Position numbers and translations under genes: made by a program. From an uncultured Candidatus Saccharibacteria bacterium (lineage in GTDB: Bacteria > Patescibacteriota > Saccharimonadia > Saccharimonadales > Saccharimonadaceae): DNA of 64,000 bases. Positions 59,667-64,000 of this stretch are shown here, piece after piece (the stretch's first letter is position 1; each line of letters begins with the position of its first letter). The stretch is taken from the NCBI GenBank assembly GCA_947095985.1, contig CAMUPZ010000001.1, positions 1,025 to 65,024 on the forward strand. Reading direction: 5' to 3'. The notes under the pieces were generated by a model. That model was not told where the DNA came from. It searched no databases and saw nothing but the letters and a program-made list of their open reading frames with translations.

Positions 59667-60002
59667 TTATGCTTGAATCGCATCAGAATTATTAACTAAT
59701 TCGCCCAGAACAATCGCCACATTATCTTCGATGATCTCATCATATTCTGGAATTCGCTCACGAATCCATGCGTCAATTTCTTCAGCTGACGCGTCATTGT
59801 CCTGCATCTGCACCAACTCTTTCAGCTGATCATCATCCAGAGATTCAACGATTTCTTCGCCAATTTGGCTATTGATCGTATCTTCTACGTGCTGGATTAA
59901 CGCCTGCATCTGATCATCTGGTAAATTGATGCCGACTGAATTCAGCTGCGCCTTGGTGACTATTGTTGCTCGAATGTTTAATTGGGTTTGGTCGTTATTC
60001 AT
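59667..60002 (-). CDS. Small acidic protein (DUF5663-like)
   Basis: L..HVEDT....IGE.I...L.D.QL.E...W....IP.Y..I pattern. Confidence 0.65.
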   Translation of the reverse strand: MNNDQTQLNIRATIVTKAQLNSVGINLPDDQMQALIQHVEDTINSQIGEEIVESLDDDQLKELVQMQDNDASAEEIDAWIRERIPEYDEIIEDNVAIVLGELVNNSDAIQA

Positions 60003-60043
60003 GATTTTATGATATCCTTTTTATTTTTTATTATCAATTATGC

Positions 60044-61090
60044 TTATTTGTTACTATCTGACTCTACTGGATCAAGCCTGTCTGCCACCCTTCTGGCGAG
60101 CCTACCAGCTCCTGATGAAATACTCTTACCGAGCTGCTTCATCCAGTCAGCACCCTTGCCAGCAACTCGCGCAATTTTCTCTTTAGCAGATTCCCACTTA
60201 TCGCCAAGGTATTCCCTACGAGCCTCTCTTCGTTTAGTCTTACGCTCCTTGGCAGCTGCAGCACGATCTCTTATTTTCTCCTTGATTTCATTTATTGCTA
60301 CTTCAGTATTGTGAATTTTTTCCTCAGTAGAATCAATCGTATATTTGAGATTATCTACATCAAGCTTAGCACTCTCTAATGCCATATTAGCCGCCATACT
60401 TAAATTATATTTTTCAGCAGCCTTTAGACGTAATTTCTTATTAGACGGATCAGCATCTGAAGCTTGCTTGGCCTTATCAGCCTCAGCGGCCGCCTTCTTA
60501 GCCCTTTCTTCCGCTTCTCGTCGCTCCTTCTCTGCTTTCTCCAACTTGGCAGCCGCTTCTTTTTGCTCTTGCTTAGAATTTTTTACAGCCTCTTTATTGC
60601 TATCAATCGTCGACTTGTCAGCCTCATTATCTGCCTTATCCTGCTCTCGCGCTTGGCGGTATTGTTGTCTTTCGGCCTCACGCTCACTTCGAGATACGTC
60701 TCGATCTCCTGCACGCATTTCACGCTGCCACTGCCTCACCCTCTTGCGTGTACGAGCTTCTGCCGCTTTTTGAGAAATAACTTCACGACCACCCGCAAAT
60801 AATTCTGCAGCCTTGGCTTTTGCTGCAGTATAGGCGTTGCTGATTCTTTCCTTAGCTTGACCAGCCCTTTCTGCAACCTGCCCAGGTAATTCAGAGCCAC
60901 GACTCACTCCAATATAAAAGCTCTCGGACAATTTTTTCCATGTCTTAGAAAAACCTTCCTTCACCTTAGTCTTTAACGCATCCACCTTTTCTTTACCATC
61001 AGCAATTCGCTCATCACGCGTTTTCTTCTGTGGCTCCATATATGTAACTTCCGGAGAAGCGGCTGTATTTTTGCCTAACGTTTCACTCAT
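60044..61090 (-). CDS. Hypothetical coiled-coil protein
   Basis: 348 aa, K/A/E/R-rich helical; own TTGACA-N17-TAGTAT promoter. Confidence 0.7.
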   Translation of the reverse strand: MSETLGKNTAASPEVTYMEPQKKTRDERIADGKEKVDALKTKVKEGFSKTWKKLSESFYIGVSRGSELPGQVAERAGQAKERISNAYTAAKAKAAELFAGGREVISQKAAEARTRKRVRQWQREMRAGDRDVSRSEREAERQQYRQAREQDKADNEADKSTIDSNKEAVKNSKQEQKEAAAKLEKAEKERREAEERAKKAAAEADKAKQASDADPSNKKLRLKAAEKYNLSMAANMALESAKLDVDNLKYTIDSTEEKIHNTEVAINEIKEKIRDRAAAAKERKTKRREARREYLGDKWESAKEKIARVAGKGADWMKQLGKSISSGAGRLARRVADRLDPVESDSNK

Positions 61091-61193
61091 ATATTTCCTT
61101 TTTTTGTTTTTACTGTCATTTTTGATATGTACTCATACTAGCACATATTTGTAATATTGTCAATATGCTTATGATAAATATTGACAAAATAAA

Positions 61194-61221
61194 AAATCGG
61201 CCGCATTGCTACAGCCGATTT
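61194..61221 (-). terminator. Intrinsic terminator after tsf
   Basis: AAATCGGC...GCCGATTT followed by a T-run on the minus strand. Confidence 0.7.
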
Positions 61222-61239
61222 ATTTCTGTATGTGAAAAT

Positions 61240-61836
61240 TTATTCGCTGACGCCCAGCTCAATTCGCTTAAATTGGCGAACTACGATGTTCTCACCTAAT
61301 TTAGCAATTGCTTCTTTAACGTGCTGTTCAACGGTCTTGGAGTCGTCCAAGATGTACGCTTGGCTCATCAACACTTGCTCAGCAAAGTGCTTGTTCAGCT
61401 GACCAGCCACAATCTTCTCGCGCATCTCTTCAGGCTTGCTTGCTAGTGCCTCGCTGGTCATCAATTCCGCCTTTACCCGCTCCATTTCCTCAGCTGGAAT
61501 ATCCTCTGTAGAAGCATACTTTGGGCTCATCGCGGCAATCTGCATAGCAATTTCGTGCGCCAACGTCTTAAAGTCGTCCAAGCGAGCCACAAAGTCAGTC
61601 TCACAGTTAACCTCGACGATCACGCCAATTCGACCAGAGTGGACATAGCTTTCGATCAAGCCTTCACGCGCTTCACGGTCGCCTTTTTTCTCAGCCTTAG
61701 TCAAGCCTTTTTTGCGCATCTCTTCCAGTGCCTTGTCAAAGTCGCCATCAGCTTCAACCAACGCCTTCTTTGCGTCGGTCAAACCTACGCCAGTCAATTC
61801 ACGCAGTTTTTTAATGTCATCAACAGAAACGCCCAT
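61240..61836 (-). CDS. tsf: Elongation factor Ts (short form)
   Basis: LRELTG...KKAL and EVNCETDFVA motifs. Confidence 0.97.
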   Translation of the reverse strand: MGVSVDDIKKLRELTGVGLTDAKKALVEADGDFDKALEEMRKKGLTKAEKKGDREAREGLIESYVHSGRIGVIVEVNCETDFVARLDDFKTLAHEIAMQIAAMSPKYASTEDIPAEEMERVKAELMTSEALASKPEEMREKIVAGQLNKHFAEQVLMSQAYILDDSKTVEQHVKEAIAKLGENIVVRQFKRIELGVSE

Positions 61837-61837
61837 C

Positions 61838-62566
61838 CTATTTCTCCTCTTTTTTCACTGGTTTTTCTTCAGTTTTTACGCTACCCGCACCTTCGGCAAC
61901 AGCTTCAGTGAAATAATCCAACAACAATTGAATACCCTTGATAGCGTCGTCGTTACCAGGGATGACGTAGTCGATGCCAGTTGGATTGACATTGGTATCA
62001 ACGATAGCAAATACCGGCACACCCAACGTCTGAGCCTCACGTACTGCATTTGCATCAGTCAAGGCGTCAACCACGACCACTGCGCCTGGCTTACCCATCA
62101 AGTCTTTGATGCCGCCATATTTAACGTTCAAGCTATCGATTTCCTCTTGGAAACGCTGTACTTCCAATTTGTTGTAGCGCTTTTCCAAATCACCTGACGC
62201 CATGCGCTTTTCCAAGTTCTTCAGCTTTTTGATCTGCTGAGTAATCGTCGCGCCGTTGGTCAACATACCGCCAATCCAGCGTTCAACCACATATGGCTGA
62301 TTGATCTTTTCAGCAGCCTGACGCACCACGTCTTTGGCTTGCTTTTTCGTACCAACAAACAATACTTTGCGGCCTGACGCTGCGATTTTTGTTAGTTCTG
62401 GCAATGCCTTGTCCAATGCCTCAACTGTCTTGACCAAGTCAATGATGTGGCTGTCCTGACGCTTAGAGTGAATATACGGCGCCATCTTTGGGTGCCAGCG
62501 GCTGGTTTTGTGTCCAAAATGAACACCTGACTCCAGCAAAGCCTTAATGTCTACCTTTACAGACAT
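61838..62566 (-). CDS. rpsB: 30S ribosomal protein S2
   Basis: GVHFGH, RWIGGMLTN, DTN and PGNDDA motifs; AGGAG SD before ATG 62566. Confidence 0.98.
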   Translation of the reverse strand: MSVKVDIKALLESGVHFGHKTSRWHPKMAPYIHSKRQDSHIIDLVKTVEALDKALPELTKIAASGRKVLFVGTKKQAKDVVRQAAEKINQPYVVERWIGGMLTNGATITQQIKKLKNLEKRMASGDLEKRYNKLEVQRFQEEIDSLNVKYGGIKDLMGKPGAVVVVDALTDANAVREAQTLGVPVFAIVDTNVNPTGIDYVIPGNDDAIKGIQLLLDYFTEAVAEGAGSVKTEEKPVKKEEK

Positions 62567-62640
62567 TCTCTTCTCCTTTTGCCTCATCCGCTCACGATGT
62601 GGAGTGTGAAACGGATTGTGTCATTAAAATTAGTTACTTG
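62567..62640 (-). promoter_or_regulatory. rpsB 5' leader with hairpin (putative S2 autogenous control element)
   Basis: TGGTATAAT promoter about 80 nt upstream; ATCCG..TCAC...GTGA.CGGAT stem ahead of the SD. Confidence 0.5.
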
Positions 62641-62675
62641 GCAATTATACCAAATAGTCAATAAATCTGCAAATA

Positions 62676-63662
62676 TTACCCTTTCTCTAGCAATTGTCTA
62701 AATCGCGATAGACCGTCGAAATTTTTACCGTTTAGATACGGTCGCACTATATTTGCCAATGCCGGCAGATTTAGCTCATCAATGCCCTCTCCTTTGAGAA
62801 TTCCTCTTTTGATAGCACAGTACGCTATGCCATCAACTTCATAGCCAAATGTGTTATCGGTCGAAGAATGTATACCCGTTACCCTGCTCATACCTTCAGC
62901 ATCAGGACTATTCTTGAGTCTGTAGCAAGCCTCTACGGGATATGTCGCTCCTCCATACTGAGAGTACGCACTTATGCCGCCATCAAGATAATCTCCACTG
63001 GCCGCCATAACCAAAACACTTGCCTCATGATCCTCAGGATCATTATCTACTTCAAATCCTGCAATTCGCTCCTTTACCTGATTGCCGCTAACAATCCAAT
63101 CATCAAGAAATAAAATCTTAGAACTCTTGTCAATCCCACCTCTACCGCCATACACTTTCAGTCTACCTTCACATTCTTCGAATTCATCGTCTGGAAATTT
63201 AGATAAGACCAGACTTAAAATATACTGGCTACTTTTCATCTCTTTGTCATCGCGGCACTGACTTAGTGAATTTCCCACGTCAACATAGACGGGTTTATTA
63301 TCGACTTCCAAATGATGCCTAAGCCTTTTCGCTAGCGCTGTTGCCGCAAAATGCAATTCTGGCATACCCAAAAAAGTCAATTCACTTCTTAATTCTCTAG
63401 CGTCACCCTTTCTGTAATCAGGTAAATACGGCTCGACCATTTCCATAAAATATAAAAATTCATTCAGAGCTTCATATTCAGTTGTTTTACGTTGCATCCA
63501 TCTAAAGCAAGGATCGCTCGTCATCGTGTCAAGATATTCATCTGTACATACATAAGATACAGGGCTAGCTCGACTAATATCTTTAGCCTGTGACGATAAA
63601 TCTGGTAGTGTCGTCGGATTTAACCTATCCAAAACACCAGAACTAGTTGACAACTCAATCAT
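62676..63662 (-). CDS. Phosphoribosyltransferase-fold hypothetical protein
   Basis: PRPP-binding loop ILFLDDWIVSGNQ; upstream KSSQY. Confidence 0.6.
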   Translation of the reverse strand: MIELSTSSGVLDRLNPTTLPDLSSQAKDISRASPVSYVCTDEYLDTMTSDPCFRWMQRKTTEYEALNEFLYFMEMVEPYLPDYRKGDARELRSELTFLGMPELHFAATALAKRLRHHLEVDNKPVYVDVGNSLSQCRDDKEMKSSQYILSLVLSKFPDDEFEECEGRLKVYGGRGGIDKSSKILFLDDWIVSGNQVKERIAGFEVDNDPEDHEASVLVMAASGDYLDGGISAYSQYGGATYPVEACYRLKNSPDAEGMSRVTGIHSSTDNTFGYEVDGIAYCAIKRGILKGEGIDELNLPALANIVRPYLNGKNFDGLSRFRQLLEKG

Positions 63663-63753
63663 ACCTATATTATGTCATAATTTCGCCAAAATAGCAAAGT
63701 TAAGGTTACGGACTTTTGACATTTTCCGATAAATTATGTACAATTGAACAGTT

Positions 63754-64000
63754 ATGAAAAGCAGTATTCACCCACAGAACTATCGCCCTGTCGTATTTAG
63801 CGACGATCAAGCGGGCTTCGCGTTCTTGACTCAGTCAACAGCGCCAACAACAGAGACTATTAAATGGGAAGACGGCAACGAATATCCGTTAGTCAAAGTT
63901 CATATTTCATCAGCTTCTCACCCGTTCTTCACTGGTGAGGAGAAGATTATCGACACCGAAGGTCGAGTTGATCGCTTTAAGGCGCGTCAGGCAGCAGCTG
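63754..64000 (+). CDS. rpmE2: 50S ribosomal protein L31 type B (truncated by window end)
   Basis: Translates [17 protein letters not shown]...WEDGNEYPL...[10 protein letters not shown]...DTEGRVDRF; no Zn-binding cysteines. Confidence 0.95.
   Translation, partial: MKSSIHPQNYRPVVFSDDQAGFAFLTQSTAPTTETIKWEDGNEYPLVKVHISSASHPFFTGEEKIIDTEGRVDRFKARQAAA

Noticed and set aside
1..64000. CRISPR array, tRNA/rRNA, IS elements, prophage
   Set aside because: No spaced repeats, cloverleaf or rRNA signatures, transposase, integrase or phage structural motifs recognised by eye

Overview
A 64-kb, gene-dense chromosomal segment. Almost all genes lie on the minus strand and TGA is used as a stop (genetic code 11). 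Gene content and promoter style resemble Saccharibacteria (TM7, Patescibacteria/CPR); this assignment is an inference. Core genes: a reduced dcw cluster (mraZ-rsmH-ftsL-ftsI-mraY-ftsW-murG-ftsQ), glyQS, recO, xseAB, rpmA, hpf-secA...prfB-ftsEX-CHAP hydrolase-ctpA, serS, uppP, a PadR/PspC/ABC operon, lysS, greA, proS-rseP-uppS-frr, recF, tsf-rpsB and the start of rpmE2. Features of most interest: (1) a single-chain Type IIG/ISP-like restriction-modification gene with an in-frame (CA)11 tract directly before two tandem, divergent specificity sub-modules, next to a broken duplicate of a nearby NUDIX gene; (2) a KwaB/DUF4868-like gene coupled to a PIF1-like helicase with no kwaA; (3) a strongly divergent RelA/SpoT-like protein lacking regulatory domains; (4) a ~350-nt highly structured element between mraZ and rsmH, plus an unannotated 23-aa ORF and hairpin between rsmH and ftsL; (5) pervasive leaderless gene starts directly behind extended -10 boxes; (6) a PRTase-fold orphan. 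No rRNA, tRNA, CRISPR array, transposase or integrase was recognised. All family calls come from reading motifs by eye, not from database searches.
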